Source: Kineosporiaceae bacterium
GTDB lineage: Bacteria > Actinomycetota > Actinomycetes > Actinomycetales > Kineosporiaceae
Direction of reading: 5' to 3'
DNA length: 64,000 bases
NCBI GenBank assembly: GCA_016794595.1
Contig: JAEUJN010000054.1
Coordinates: forward strand, 24,595 to 88,594
Shown: positions 30,555 through 40,870 of the stretch, in pieces
Numbering within the stretch: position 1 is the stretch's first letter
Layout of the letters: the number at the start of each line of letters is the position of its first letter
Notes under the pieces: model-generated
Database searches by the model: none
What the model was told of the DNA's origin: nothing
What the model saw: only the letters and a program-made list of their open reading frames with translations
Position numbers and translations under genes: made by a program

Positions 30555-31628
30555 CTACTCCGGCCGGAGCAGGTCGCCACGTACGGCCAACCGGACGACC
30601 CCGAGCACCACTGAGAGGACCACGACCGTGGCCAGGCCCAGCAGTACTGCGGCGATCCCGTCGTAGGCCACCCCCGGCCGGACGCCGGCCATGGCCACCG
30701 CAGAGGCTGCGGCCGCTGCGCTGGGAAACGTGTAGGCAAGCCAGGGCAGCGCGAAGGGCAGGCTGCGCAACCGTCCGGCCTGGCCGAGCACCAGCAGCAC
30801 GAACATGATCGTGACGGCCTGGAGGATCATGGCCACCGGGTCGGCAGAGGGATCGCCGGACCTGCCGGTCAGCGCTTGCCACGACAGCCCGGTCACCGCG
30901 GGCGGAGCGATGAAGATCGCCAGCGTGGGCAGCAGCTTCGCCGGCATGGGGTCGACGTGCACGAGCACCCGCAGCAACAGGATCGGCAACAGCCCGATCC
31001 AGAACACCAGGCCGACCCCGAAGGCGAACCAGGCCAGATCGATCGACCCGAGCTCCGGCGCGGCCAACGGGGTGATCACGTTGCCCACGATCGGGATGAA
31101 CCACGCCGGGGTCATCTGGGTCAACCCGATGTCCGGTCGGCCGAACCAGGCGCTCAGGACGGCAACCGTGAGGGCCAGGTGGCCCACAGCCCCCGCCCAC
31201 CAGGCCACCCGCGCAGGCCCGGGCAGCAGGTCCTGCCCGGCCGTGGCGAGGATCAGCAGGGCGATGGTGATGGTCGGCACGAAGGCCATCCGGATCGGGT
31301 GGCGCAGTTCGGCCCGAGCGGCCGCCGGGTACCGGATCCACTTGGCCGCGTAGGCGATGGCCACGACGACGAAGACCGCACAGGCCAGCCAGAACAGGCT
31401 GTGCGCGGGCCAGGTGGGTAGCTGCCACACCCTGGCGGCGCGGCGCCAGGCCAGGGAAAGTCCGCCGATACCCATCACCGAGGCGAAGAGGGTGACCGGA
31501 AGGTGCGCCAACCCGTGCGCCGCAGCCACCGGCGCCGTCGGCACAGTCGGCGTGATCGGCGTGGCCGACGCGGTCGGGGCGGTTGGGGTGATGGCAGAAC
31601 CGGCAGCCTTCGTAACCGTGTCGTCCAT
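30555..31628 (-). CDS. TehA/SLAC1/Mae1-family anion (C4-dicarboxylate/tellurite-resistance type) channel
   Basis: Ten TM helices and family-typical motifs (FASVMGIGGLSLAW, TPAWFIPIVGN, LLPTLAIFIAPPAV). Confidence 0.8.
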   Translation of the reverse strand: MDDTVTKAAGSAITPTAPTASATPITPTVPTAPVAAAHGLAHLPVTLFASVMGIGGLSLAWRRAARVWQLPTWPAHSLFWLACAVFVVVAIAYAAKWIRYPAAARAELRHPIRMAFVPTITIALLILATAGQDLLPGPARVAWWAGAVGHLALTVAVLSAWFGRPDIGLTQMTPAWFIPIVGNVITPLAAPELGSIDLAWFAFGVGLVFWIGLLPILLLRVLVHVDPMPAKLLPTLAIFIAPPAVTGLSWQALTGRSGDPSADPVAMILQAVTIMFVLLVLGQAGRLRSLPFALPWLAYTFPSAAAAASAVAMAGVRPGVAYDGIAAVLLGLATVVVLSVVLGVVRLAVRGDLLRPE

Positions 31629-31634
31629 GGCGGA

Positions 31635-34600
31635 ATGATACCCCTCGGGGTATCAGTGATCCGGGGGTCCGAGGCCGCGCTCGCCTATGCTGACCCGGTG
31701 AGGCAGCGCTACGCCGAGGCACGGCGCCAGGCCATCCCGGCGGAGATCCGCTACCCCGCCGAGCTGCCGATCAGCGCCGCGCGCGAACGGATCGCCGCCG
31801 CGATCCGCGACCATCAGGTGGTCGTGATCGCCGGGGAGACCGGGTCGGGCAAGACCACCCAGCTGCCCAAGATCTGCCTGGAGCTGGGACGCGGAGTGTC
31901 CGGCATGATCGGGCACACCCAGCCCCGCCGGCTGGCCGCGCGCACCGTCGCCGAACGCATCGCCGCGGAGTTGGGCGTCGAACTCGGCGAGGCCGTGGGC
32001 TACCAGGTGAGGTTCACCGACCGGATCTCCCCCGCCACCAGCGTCAAGCTGATGACCGACGGCATCCTGCTCACCGAGCTGCAGCGCGACAAGCTCCTGC
32101 GTCGATACGACACCCTCATCATCGACGAGGCCCACGAACGCAGCCTGAACATCGACTTCATCCTGGGCTACCTGCGCCGGCTGTTGCCGCGCCGTCCGGA
32201 TCTCAAGGTGATCATCACCTCGGCCACCATCGACCCCCAGCGGTTCGCCGACCACTTCACCCTGCCCGGCGCGAAACCCGTTCCGGTGCTGGAGGTCTCG
32301 GGCCGCACGTACCCGGTCGAGCTGCGCTACCGCCCGGTCGAACCCGCCGGCGCGGCCGAGGAGCAGCAGGACACCATCGACGGCATCTGCGCCGCGGTCG
32401 ACGAACTGTGGGGCGAGGGGGACGGCGACATCCTGGTCTTCCTGTCCGGCGAGCGCGAGATCCGCGACACCGCCGACGCCCTGACCGCCCATGTCGGGCG
32501 GCGCTGGCCGTACACCGAGATCGTGCCCCTGTACGCCCGGCTGTCGATCGCCGAGCAGCATCGGGTGTTCGCGGCGCGACCGCACGGCGTCCTACGCCGC
32601 GTCGTCCTGGCCACCAACGTCGCCGAGACCTCGCTGACCGTGCCCGGCATCCGCTACGTGATCGACCCGGGGACGGCGCGCATCTCGCGCTACAGCTTCC
32701 GCACCAAGGTGCAGCGGCTGCCGATCGAACCGATCTCGCAAGCCTCGGCCAACCAGCGCGCCGGACGCTGCGGGCGCGTTGCCGACGGCATCTGCATCCG
32801 GCTGTACAGCGAGGACGACTTCGCCGCCCGCCCGGCGTTCACCGACCCCGAGATCCTGCGCACGAACCTGGCCTCGGTGATCCTGCAGATGGCCGCCATC
32901 GGGCTCGGTGACATGTCGGCCTTCCCGTTCGTCGACCCTCCGGACCGGCGATCGATCGCGGATGGGATCGCCCTGCTGACCGAACTGAACGCGCTCGAGC
33001 CCGCCGCCTCCGGGCCCTCCGGGGCCTCCGGGGCATCCGGGGCTTCAGGTGCCGGGCAACGACTCACCGTCCTCGGACGGCGGCTGGCCCAGTTGCCGGT
33101 CGACCCGCGGATGGCCCGCATGATCCTCGAGGCGGAGGCCAACGGGTGCGTGCGCGAGGTGATCGTGATCGCGGCGGCGCTGTCGATCCAGGATCCGCGC
33201 GAACGTCCCCAGGAGGCCCAGCAGGCCGCTGACGAGTCACACCGCCGGTTCGCCGACCCGACCTCGGACTTCCTCAGCTACCTCGAGCTGTGGACCTACC
33301 TTCGTGATCAAGCTGACGCGTTGTCGTCCAATCAGTTCCGCCGGATGTGCCGCCGGGAGTACCTGGGCTACCTACGGGTCCGCGAGTGGCAGGACCTGGT
33401 CGGTCAGCTGCGGGCCATCGCCCGCGGGGTGGGCATCACGTTGCCCCCGCGGGGTACCCCACCGGCCGAACCGGACGCGGTCCATCGCAGCCTGCTGGCA
33501 GGGCTGCTGTCACACATCGGCGTGCGCGAGGAGCGCGAGGCCACCAAACCCGCTGGGCAGCAAGCGAAGTCTCTCGGTAAGCCGACGCGCCCCGGACGGC
33601 AGGAGTTCACCGGGGCGCGCGGTGCGAAGTTCCTGATCTGGCCCGGGTCGGCCCTGGCCCGCAAGCCCCCGACCTGGGTGATGGCCGGCGAACTCGTCGA
33701 GACCAGCCGGCTCTGGGGGCGCGACGTGGCCCGGATCGAGCCGGAGTGGGTCGAACCACTGGCACTGCACCTGGTCAAGCGCACCTACAGCGAACCGCAC
33801 TGGTCGAGCAAGCGAGCCGCAGCGATGGCTTACGAGAGGGTCACGCTGTACGGCGTCCCGGTCGTCACCCAGCGCCTGGTCGGGTACGCCCGCATCGACG
33901 CCGAGCTGGCCCGCGAGCTGTTCATCCGGCACGCCCTGGTCGAGGGTGACTGGCGCACCCACCACCGGTTCTTCCACGCCAACCGCGATCTGCTCGAGGA
34001 CGTCGAGGCGCTCGAGCACCGGGCCCGGCGGCGCGACATCCTGGTGGACGACGAGACCCTGTTCGACTTCTATGACCAGCGCATCCCGGCCGAGGTGGTC
34101 TCCGGCAGGCACTTCGACACCTGGTGGAAGAAGGCCCGGCGCGCCGAACCGGAGCTGCTCACCTTCACCGAGGACCTGCTGGTCAGCCACGACGCCGCCG
34201 CAGTGCACGCCAGGGACTACCCGGACACCTGGCCGGTCGAGGGCGGCGAGCTGGCCCTCAGCTACCAGTTCGAGCCGGGGACGGCGCACGACGGGGTCAC
34301 CGTCGACGTCCCGGTGCCGCTGCTGGCCGCACTGGATCCCGACCCGTTCACCTGGCTGGTGCCGGGTCTGCGCGAGGAGCTGGTCACCGCTCTGATCCGT
34401 AGCCTGCCCAAGGCGATCCGCACCAACTTCGTCCCTGCGCCGGACACCGCCCGTGCCGCGTTGGCGGCGATCGCCCCGGCGTCCGAACCCCCGACCGGCT
34501 CGCTGTACGCGGCCCTCGAGACCGACCTCGGACGGCGTGCGGGCATCGTGATCCCGCCGCACGCCTGGGATCTGGGCAAGCTGCCGGGGCACCTGCAGCT

Positions 34601-35603
34601 CACCTTCCGGGTGCTGTCCGAGGGTGACGCACCGACCGTCCTGGCCGAGGGCAAGAGCCTGGTCGCCTTGCAGAACCAGTTGCGCCAGAAGGTGAGGGCC
34701 GCCGTGGCGGCCATCGCCGGGGCCGGGGTCGAACGGTCGCGCCTGACCACCTGGGACGTCGGCGAGCTACCCCGCACCGTCGAACGCGAGGCGGGCGGGC
34801 GCACGGTGGCGGGCTTCCCGGCGTTGGTCGACGAGGGCGATGGCGCCGCGATCCGGGTGCTTCCCACGGCCGCAGACCAGGCGACGGCGATGCGGGCCGG
34901 CACCCGGCGGCTGCTGATCGAGAGCCTGACCAACCCGTTGGGCCGGTTGCAGGGCCAGGTCGATTACGTTCTGCCCCAGGCCGATCGGCTGGCGCTCGCC
35001 GCGAGCCCCTATCCGAGCCCCGGGGCGCTGCTGAGCGACTGTCTCGACGCGGCGATCGACGACTTGGTCGCCCGTCACGGCGGTCCGGCGTGGGACGGCG
35101 AGGCGTTCACCGCCCTGCTCGACGCGGTCCGCGCCGGGCTCGACGAGGCCGGGTTGGACGTCGTCCGGATCGTGGCTCGGGTGCTGACCGCCTGGCGCGA
35201 GGTCGACCGGGCCCTGGGCAGTACCAGCTCGTTGCCCCTGCTCCCGATGCTCACCGACGTCCGGAATCAGGTAGAGGCCCTGATCCACAACGGCTTTGTC
35301 GCCGAGGTGGGCAGCGCGCGGCTGCCCGACCTGCTGCGCTACCTGCGCGGTATCGCCCACCGGCTGGCCAAGGCCCCGGAGAACGTCAACGCCGACCGCG
35401 GCCGGATGGACCGGGTGCGCACCATGCAGGCCGAGTACGCGGCGGTGCTGGACGAACTGCCTCCGAACCGCCGGGACGACGAGGACGTGCTCGCCGTCCG
35501 CTGGATGCTGGAGGAGTTCCGGCTCAGCCTGTTCGCCCAGGGCGTCGGTACGGCCTACCCGATCTCGGAGCAACGGATCCTGAGGGCACTGGACGCGCTG
35601 TGA
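31635..35603 (+). CDS. hrpA: ATP-dependent RNA helicase HrpA (DEAH box)
   Basis: GETGSGKTTQLPK, DEAHERS, SATID, TNVAETSLTVPGI and QRAGRCGR, plus the long HrpA C-terminal region. The start is uncertain among ATG 31635, GTG 31656 and GTG 31698. Confidence 0.95.
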   Translation: MIPLGVSVIRGSEAALAYADPVRQRYAEARRQAIPAEIRYPAELPISAARERIAAAIRDHQVVVIAGETGSGKTTQLPKICLELGRGVSGMIGHTQPRRLAARTVAERIAAELGVELGEAVGYQVRFTDRISPATSVKLMTDGILLTELQRDKLLRRYDTLIIDEAHERSLNIDFILGYLRRLLPRRPDLKVIITSATIDPQRFADHFTLPGAKPVPVLEVSGRTYPVELRYRPVEPAGAAEEQQDTIDGICAAVDELWGEGDGDILVFLSGEREIRDTADALTAHVGRRWPYTEIVPLYARLSIAEQHRVFAARPHGVLRRVVLATNVAETSLTVPGIRYVIDPGTARISRYSFRTKVQRLPIEPISQASANQRAGRCGRVADGICIRLYSEDDFAARPAFTDPEILRTNLASVILQMAAIGLGDMSAFPFVDPPDRRSIADGIALLTELNALEPAASGPSGASGASGASGAGQRLTVLGRRLAQLPVDPRMARMILEAEANGCVREVIVIAAALSIQDPRERPQEAQQAADESHRRFADPTSDFLSYLELWTYLRDQADALSSNQFRRMCRREYLGYLRVREWQDLVGQLRAIARGVGITLPPRGTPPAEPDAVHRSLLAGLLSHIGVREEREATKPAGQQAKSLGKPTRPGRQEFTGARGAKFLIWPGSALARKPPTWVMAGELVETSRLWGRDVARIEPEWVEPLALHLVKRTYSEPHWSSKRAAAMAYERVTLYGVPVVTQRLVGYARIDAELARELFIRHALVEGDWRTHHRFFHANRDLLEDVEALEHRARRRDILVDDETLFDFYDQRIPAEVVSGRHFDTWWKKARRAEPELLTFTEDLLVSHDAAAVHARDYPDTWPVEGGELALSYQFEPGTAHDGVTVDVPVPLLAALDPDPFTWLVPGLREELVTALIRSLPKAIRTNFVPAPDTARAALAAIAPASEPPTGSLYAALETDLGRRAGIVIPPHAWDLGKLPGHLQLTFRVLSEGDAPTVLAEGKSLVALQNQLRQKVRAAVAAIAGAGVERSRLTTWDVGELPRTVEREAGGRTVAGFPALVDEGDGAAIRVLPTAADQATAMRAGTRRLLIESLTNPLGRLQGQVDYVLPQADRLALAASPYPSPGALLSDCLDAAIDDLVARHGGPAWDGEAFTALLDAVRAGLDEAGLDVVRIVARVLTAWREVDRALGSTSSLPLLPMLTDVRNQVEALIHNGFVAEVGSARLPDLLRYLRGIAHRLAKAPENVNADRGRMDRVRTMQAEYAAVLDELPPNRRDDEDVLAVRWMLEEFRLSLFAQGVGTAYPISEQRILRALDAL

Positions 35604-35635
35604 TCCATCCGAGCCGGCCGGTGCCCCCCCAGAGG

Positions 35636-36493
35636 TCACCAGCTGGCGAACACCCTGGCCTGCCCGCCCGATCCCTGCCGGAACGGGATCAGGCCGACCG
35701 TGATGGTCGCCCCCGTGGGCGGGATGCAGTGCAGGTTGGCGAGGTTCTCGATCCCGTAGCGGTCGGCCCCGTTGACGATCAGGTGCGTGTCGAAGGTCTC
35801 CGACTCCCCGCGGTCGATACTCAGGGTGTCCACGCCCAGGCTGCGGATCCGGCGGTGCCTGAGCAGCCAGGTCGCGGCCTCCGGGTCGAACCCCGGGAAG
35901 TGCAGCATCCCCGCGGCATCGGTGCCCCGATAGGCGTCGACACTGCCGACCTTGGCGCCCCAGCCGGAGTACATCAGCACCGCGGCGTTGGTCGGGATCG
36001 TGCCGTGCCGGCGCTCGAAGGCCCGGACGTCGTCGACGGTCACCAGGGCATCGGGATTCCTCGCCGCCTTCGCGGCGATGTCGATGACCACGGCCGGGGT
36101 GATCAGCTCGGCGACAGCGATCCGGTCGGCGAGCCGGCCACCCTTGGCGAAGTGGCCCGGCGCATCGACATGCGTACCGGTGTGCTCGATGAGCGTCCAC
36201 TCCTGCATGTAGTACCCGTCGGGCTCGATCTGCACCACGGTGCGCCGGCGAGCCTCCTCGCCCGGCGCGAACGCCGGGAACTCCGGGCCGAGGGGATAGG
36301 TGAGATCCACCAGCCCGTGCCGCGACCACCGGCGCGCGGGGGCACTGGCCGCGGCCTGCGCCGGAGTGGCCACACCGACCAGGACGGCGCTCGCCGCGGT
36401 GGCGGTGGCAACCAGGGCCGCCCGCCGGCTGAGCGAGGGGCCCTCGGCCGGCGGGCAGTCCTGCAGGAGGTGAAGGCCGTGTTCGGTGCACAT
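35636..36493 (-). CDS. Tat-signal cyclase-family protein (kynurenine-formamidase-like metal hydrolase)
   Basis: SRRAALVATATAASAVLVGVATPAQA, then the HTGTHVDAPGHF motif. ATG 36493 is preceded by AAGGGGGA. Confidence 0.8.
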   Translation of the reverse strand: MCTEHGLHLLQDCPPAEGPSLSRRAALVATATAASAVLVGVATPAQAAASAPARRWSRHGLVDLTYPLGPEFPAFAPGEEARRRTVVQIEPDGYYMQEWTLIEHTGTHVDAPGHFAKGGRLADRIAVAELITPAVVIDIAAKAARNPDALVTVDDVRAFERRHGTIPTNAAVLMYSGWGAKVGSVDAYRGTDAAGMLHFPGFDPEAATWLLRHRRIRSLGVDTLSIDRGESETFDTHLIVNGADRYGIENLANLHCIPPTGATITVGLIPFRQGSGGQARVFASW

Positions 36494-36662
36494 GGTGATC
36501 CCCCTTCGTCGACGATGACGAGTCAGGCCGTTGAACCTACTCGCGACCACCGCCCCCGGAAAGGATCCTCGGGTGAAGACCCGAGACGACAAATCCCCCG
36601 GACTGTGTGATGGTGCGATCGCCAGTAGGGACTTTCGGCCTAATCTCTGGGAGAGTACGACC

Positions 36663-37178
36663 ATGTCCGAGATCCGCGTACGCCCCCTGGCCGAGGACGA
36701 CTGGCAGAACTACCGGTCGATTCGACTGGCCGCCCTGGAGGACTCCCCGGACGCCTTCGTGGCCACCCACGACGAGGAGGAGGCCTTCGAGGAGGACTCC
36801 TGGCGGGCCCGGATGACGCGCTCGGAACGCCTCCTGGCCGAGGTGGACGGCGTGGCTGTGGGCGTGGCCAGTCTCGGCGAGGACGAGGAGGACACCGGGA
36901 CCGCCCAGCTGTTCGGCCTGTGGGTCACCCCCGCTGCGCGCGGCACCGGGGTGGCCACCGCGCTGGTGCAGGCCGGAGCCGACGCCGCGCTGGCCTCGGG
37001 CCGGACCCAGCTGTCGTACTGGGTGAGTACCGACAACGCGCGTGCGGTCGCGTTCGCCAGTGGGTTCGGCTTCCGGCCGGGGAACCGTCGGCGACCGATG
37101 CACGGACGTGGGGGCGAGGAGGAGATCGTGATGGTGATGGCCCTGGGGGACGATCGCGGCCAACCGACCCCGTTCTGA
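36663..37178 (+). CDS. GNAT-family N-acetyltransferase
   Basis: Acetyl-CoA motif LWVTPAARGTGVATALV. Start at ATG 36663. Confidence 0.8.
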   Translation: MSEIRVRPLAEDDWQNYRSIRLAALEDSPDAFVATHDEEEAFEEDSWRARMTRSERLLAEVDGVAVGVASLGEDEEDTGTAQLFGLWVTPAARGTGVATALVQAGADAALASGRTQLSYWVSTDNARAVAFASGFGFRPGNRRRPMHGRGGEEEIVMVMALGDDRGQPTPF

Positions 37179-37182
37179 CCCG

Positions 37183-37716
37183 GTGGACGGACGCATCGTC
37201 CTATTGCTCCGCGCGGTCAACCTCGGGCCTCACAATCGGGTGCCCATGCCGGTGTTCCGCGACCTGCTGACCGGCCTGGGGGCGCGCGACGTGGTCACCT
37301 ACCTGGCCAGCGGCCAGGCCGTCGCGGACATCGACGAGCCCCACGAGAACTTCGTCGAACGAGTGCACAAGGGCATCCTCGATCAACTGGGGCTCGACAT
37401 CGACGTCTTCTCCCGAACCCCGGCCGAACTGGCGGACATCGTGCGCGCCAATCCCTTCCCCCACCTGGCGAACACGCCCAGGCAGCTGCACGTGGCCTTC
37501 CTGGACGCACCGGTGGACCCCGCCCGGATCGGGGCCATCGGCCGTCGCCACGGCCAGGACGAACTGGCCGTGGGCGATCGTGCGGTGTACCTGGCGTACA
37601 CCGGAACGATGCACGACTCACCACTGGGAACAGCGATGCGGCGATTGGGCGGTCGCCAGACGGCGCGCAACTGGACGACCGTGACCACGCTCGCCGAGCT
37701 CTCGGCCCGCGGGTAG
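37183..37716 (+). CDS. DUF1697 domain protein
   Basis: IVLLLRAVNLGPHNRVPMPVFRDLLTGLGARDVVTYLASGQ matches the DUF1697 N-terminal pattern. Confidence 0.7.
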   Translation: MDGRIVLLLRAVNLGPHNRVPMPVFRDLLTGLGARDVVTYLASGQAVADIDEPHENFVERVHKGILDQLGLDIDVFSRTPAELADIVRANPFPHLANTPRQLHVAFLDAPVDPARIGAIGRRHGQDELAVGDRAVYLAYTGTMHDSPLGTAMRRLGGRQTARNWTTVTTLAELSARG

Positions 37717-37728
37717 GGAGGGCATCGC

Positions 37729-38544
37729 GTGACCGCTTTCGCCTGGGATCCGGTGCAGTACAACCGTTTCGGCGATGAGCGAGGCCGCCCGTTCGATGAC
37801 CTCCTGGCCCGGGTCACCCCAGCCGGCGACCCGCACCTGGTGGTCGACCTGGGCTGCGGCCCCGGGCAACTGACCGCCTCCCTGCTGAGCCGGTGGCCGG
37901 CGTCCTCGGTCATCGGGGTCGACTCGAGCGCCGAGATGATCGTCGCCGCGGAACAGGTACGGGCCGGGCTGCCCGACGCGCACGCGCGACGCTGGCACCT
38001 GGCCCAGGCCGACCTGCGGGACTGGGCACCGCCTCGCCCGGTGGACGTCCTGATCTCGAATGCCACCCTGCAATGGGTTCCGGGACACCTCGACCTGCTG
38101 GCGGGCTGGGTCGCCTGCCTGGCCCCCGGAGGGTGGCTGGCCGTGCAGGTGCCCGGCAACCACGAGGCGCCGAGCCACGCCATCCTGCGCGAGCTGCGCC
38201 ACTCGTCCCGTTGGGCCCCCCTGGTGGGGCCGGACGTCGCCCCCGGGCTCGACCGGCGGATGGCGGTCGCCGAGCCCGCCGCCTACCTGGCTGCCCTGGC
38301 CGCGGCCGGGTGTACGACCGACGTCTGGGAGACCACCTACCTGCACGTCCTGCCCGGCGAGGACGCCGTCCTGGAGTGGGTCCGGGGCACCGGGGCTCGT
38401 CCCACGCTGGCCGCGCTGCCGGAGGCGTCCCGGGCCGAGTTCGAGGCCGAGTACGGGGCGCGGCTGCGCGAGGCCTACCCGCGGCGGGAGTTCGGCACCG
38501 TGCTGCCGTTCCGCAGGATCTTCGTGGTCGCCCGGCGTCCCTGA
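37729..38544 (+). CDS. tam: Trans-aconitate 2-methyltransferase
   Basis: WDPVQYNRFGDERGRPFDDLL, VVDLGCGPGQLT, NATLQWVP. Confidence 0.85.
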   Translation: MTAFAWDPVQYNRFGDERGRPFDDLLARVTPAGDPHLVVDLGCGPGQLTASLLSRWPASSVIGVDSSAEMIVAAEQVRAGLPDAHARRWHLAQADLRDWAPPRPVDVLISNATLQWVPGHLDLLAGWVACLAPGGWLAVQVPGNHEAPSHAILRELRHSSRWAPLVGPDVAPGLDRRMAVAEPAAYLAALAAAGCTTDVWETTYLHVLPGEDAVLEWVRGTGARPTLAALPEASRAEFEAEYGARLREAYPRREFGTVLPFRRIFVVARRP

Positions 38545-38558
38545 GCCCCTGGGCGGGG

Positions 38559-39338
38559 TCAGGCGATCACGATGTCCCAGGTACCGGCCGCCATGGCCGC
38601 CCCGACCGCCACCGCCACCAGCGCCAGCCCGCCGAGCACGATCAGGAGATCGCCGACTCCCAGGCGGCTCTCCCGGGCCCAGGTCCGTGGACGGGAGGTA
38701 CCGAAGCCGCGGGACTCCATCGTGGTGGCCAGCACGGCTCCTCGCCGGATCGCCAGCACCAGCAGGGCGAACAGGCGCCCTCCCCAGTCACGGACCCGCT
38801 CGATCGGGCCGCCTCCACCGACTCCTCGCGCGCGCCGGGCCATGGTCAGTGCGGCCCATTCCTCGGCCAGCACGCCGAACAGCCGCATCGACGCCAAGGC
38901 GGCCAGGACGAACCGGGACGGCAGCCGGGCCTTCTGCGCCAACGCATCCGCGAGGTCCGTGGGGTCCGTGGTGGCCAGCAACACCACCCCCGGCAGCCCG
39001 ATCGCGAACACCCGGAGACCGATCGCCAGCCCCGAGGTCACGGGCGCGTCGGAGTCGCCGAGCACGGCCGTGGCCACCGCGGCCGGCACCGCCGCGACGA
39101 CCAGGATCCACCCGCGCCGGGCCAATGCCCGAGGGGCCAACCCGCACCAGGGCAGGGCCAGCAGCTCCAGCCCCAGGGCCACCCCGGCACTGACCACGTC
39201 GACGCTCAAGACCAGGGCCATCGAGATCGTCAGCGAGACAGCGAGTTTCGCCAGTGGGTTGGCCCGGGCCAACGGCGCGGTCGGGTCGATGCCATTGCCG
39301 GCTCTGCCGCTGCCGTCCAGGGCGCCGAGCGCGCTCAC
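38559..39338 (-). CDS. ykoC: ECF transporter transmembrane (T) component
   Basis: EcfT/CbiQ-like TM protein ending with the ARG motif region (MARRARGVG...AIRRGAVLATTMESRGF). The GTG 39338 start overlaps the ATPase stop. Confidence 0.8.
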   Translation of the reverse strand: MSALGALDGSGRAGNGIDPTAPLARANPLAKLAVSLTISMALVLSVDVVSAGVALGLELLALPWCGLAPRALARRGWILVVAAVPAAVATAVLGDSDAPVTSGLAIGLRVFAIGLPGVVLLATTDPTDLADALAQKARLPSRFVLAALASMRLFGVLAEEWAALTMARRARGVGGGGPIERVRDWGGRLFALLVLAIRRGAVLATTMESRGFGTSRPRTWARESRLGVGDLLIVLGGLALVAVAVGAAMAAGTWDIVIA

Positions 39339-40849
39339 GACGTCCCCGGGTCGCCGGCCGGCAGCACCACCACCCGGTCGGCGAGGTGCTCGAGCAGCCA
39401 CTGGTCGTGCGTGGCCATCACCAGCCCGGCCCCCTGGGCCCGCAGCTCGTCCAGCAGCCGCACCAGCGCCGCCCAGGTGAGCGCGTCCTGCCCGAAGGTC
39501 GGCTCGTCCAGGATCAGCACCCGCGGCCGGGTGGCGAGCACCGTGGCCACGGACAGCCGGCGCTGCTCTCCGCCGGAGAGGGTGAACGGATTGGCGCGCG
39601 CGAGCCGGGTGAGGCCGAGCCGGGCGAGCAGGTCCGCCACGCGGGTCTCGGTCTCACCCGGGGTCAGCCCCACCCGGCGCGGCCCCACGGCCAGTTCCTC
39701 GGCGCAGGTGGCGGCCACGAACTGGTGCTGCGGCTCCTGGAACACGGTGCCGATCCGGCTGACCAGTTCCCGCGGACGCCACCGGTGGGGCTCGGCGCCG
39801 TCCGGGGGCTCGAGGCCCGGACCGGCGACCACCCGCCCCTGCGCCGGGGGGATCAGCCCGCCGAGGGCCAGGGCGAGCGAGGACTTGCCCGACCCGTTCG
39901 GACCGACCAGACAGACCACCTCTCCGGCCCGCACGCCGGTGGTGATGCCCCGAACGGCGACCGGAGCCGATCGCGCCGGGCGGACGGCGAGGTCTCGTGC
40001 CTCGAGCAGGCTCGGTCCGGCGGTGGACCCGGCCCGGGTGCTCACCCTCGGATGACGCCCCGGCACCCACACCCCGTGGGCGGCGAGCCGCTCACCGGCG
40101 GCCGCGAACACCCCGGACGGCGAACCCTGCTCGACCACCCCACCGCCGGGCTCGAGCACGGCCACCCGGTCCACCAGCTCGGCCCACGCCTCGACCCGGT
40201 GCTCGACCACGACGCAGGTCGCCCCGGTCTCGGCGAGGACGTCCGCGATCGTCGAGCGCAGCCGCGCGGCGCCGTCCGGGTCGAGCATCGAGGTCGGCTC
40301 GTCCAGCAGCCACAGCCCGGGGCGCAGGGCCAGGACACCGGCCAGCGCGAGCCGCTGCCGCTCCCCGCCCGAGAGTCGATGCGTGGGGTGCTCGAGGCCG
40401 TACCGCAACCCCACGGCGTCCAGCGCGCGGGTGACGCGGGGCCAGATCTCGTGCCGGGCCACGGCATGGTTCTCCAACCCGAACGCGACGTCGTCCCCGC
40501 ACCGGGCGAGCACCGTCTGCGCCGTCGGGTCCTGGAGCAGCAGCCCGGCGCGGGCCTGGCCGGCATCCAGAGCGGCCAGCCGGGCCCGATCGGCCGGGAC
40601 ACCGTCCAGCAGGAGTTCCCCCTCGTCCTCACCGGTCGCGTCCTGTGCCGAGCGGCCGGCCGACGAGGTGAGCAGCCCCGCGAGACCGGCCAGCAGGGTC
40701 GACTTGCCGGACCCGCTGGGCCCGAGCAGCAACACCCGTTCACCCGGGGCGACGTCCAGGTCCAGCCCGCGCACCGCCCAGGCCGCGCGTGAGGCATGCC
40801 GCCAGCCCCACCCGCGGGCCGTGATCCTCACGGGCGCAACGGACTCCAC
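39335..40849 (-). CDS. ykoD: ECF transporter fused double ATPase
   Basis: Two ABC modules in one polypeptide: GPSGSGKST ... LSGGERQRLALA ... LDEPTS, and GPNGSGKSS ... LSGGEQRRLSVA ... LDEPTFG. Confidence 0.9.
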   Translation of the reverse strand: MESVAPVRITARGWGWRHASRAAWAVRGLDLDVAPGERVLLLGPSGSGKSTLLAGLAGLLTSSAGRSAQDATGEDEGELLLDGVPADRARLAALDAGQARAGLLLQDPTAQTVLARCGDDVAFGLENHAVARHEIWPRVTRALDAVGLRYGLEHPTHRLSGGERQRLALAGVLALRPGLWLLDEPTSMLDPDGAARLRSTIADVLAETGATCVVVEHRVEAWAELVDRVAVLEPGGGVVEQGSPSGVFAAAGERLAAHGVWVPGRHPRVSTRAGSTAGPSLLEARDLAVRPARSAPVAVRGITTGVRAGEVVCLVGPNGSGKSSLALALGGLIPPAQGRVVAGPGLEPPDGAEPHRWRPRELVSRIGTVFQEPQHQFVAATCAEELAVGPRRVGLTPGETETRVADLLARLGLTRLARANPFTLSGGEQRRLSVATVLATRPRVLILDEPTFGQDALTWAALVRLLDELRAQGAGLVMATHDQWLLEHLADRVVVLPAGDPGTS

Positions 40850-40870
40850 CTCCCTCAGATCCGCACCGGC

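Noticed and set aside
30031-31722. 563-aa minus-strand ORF, and similar ones at 34767..36491 and 44821..46056
   Set aside because: They are out of frame or antisense to well-supported genes (NuoF-like/ferredoxin/TehA, hrpA/cyclase, cinA), and the translations are junk.
37893-40792. Long plus-strand ORFs (37893..40055, 38060..39193, 39254..40792) over the ECF transporter genes
   Set aside because: They are antisense or out of frame relative to the tam, ykoC and ykoD genes, and the products are Arg/Pro/Gly-rich.
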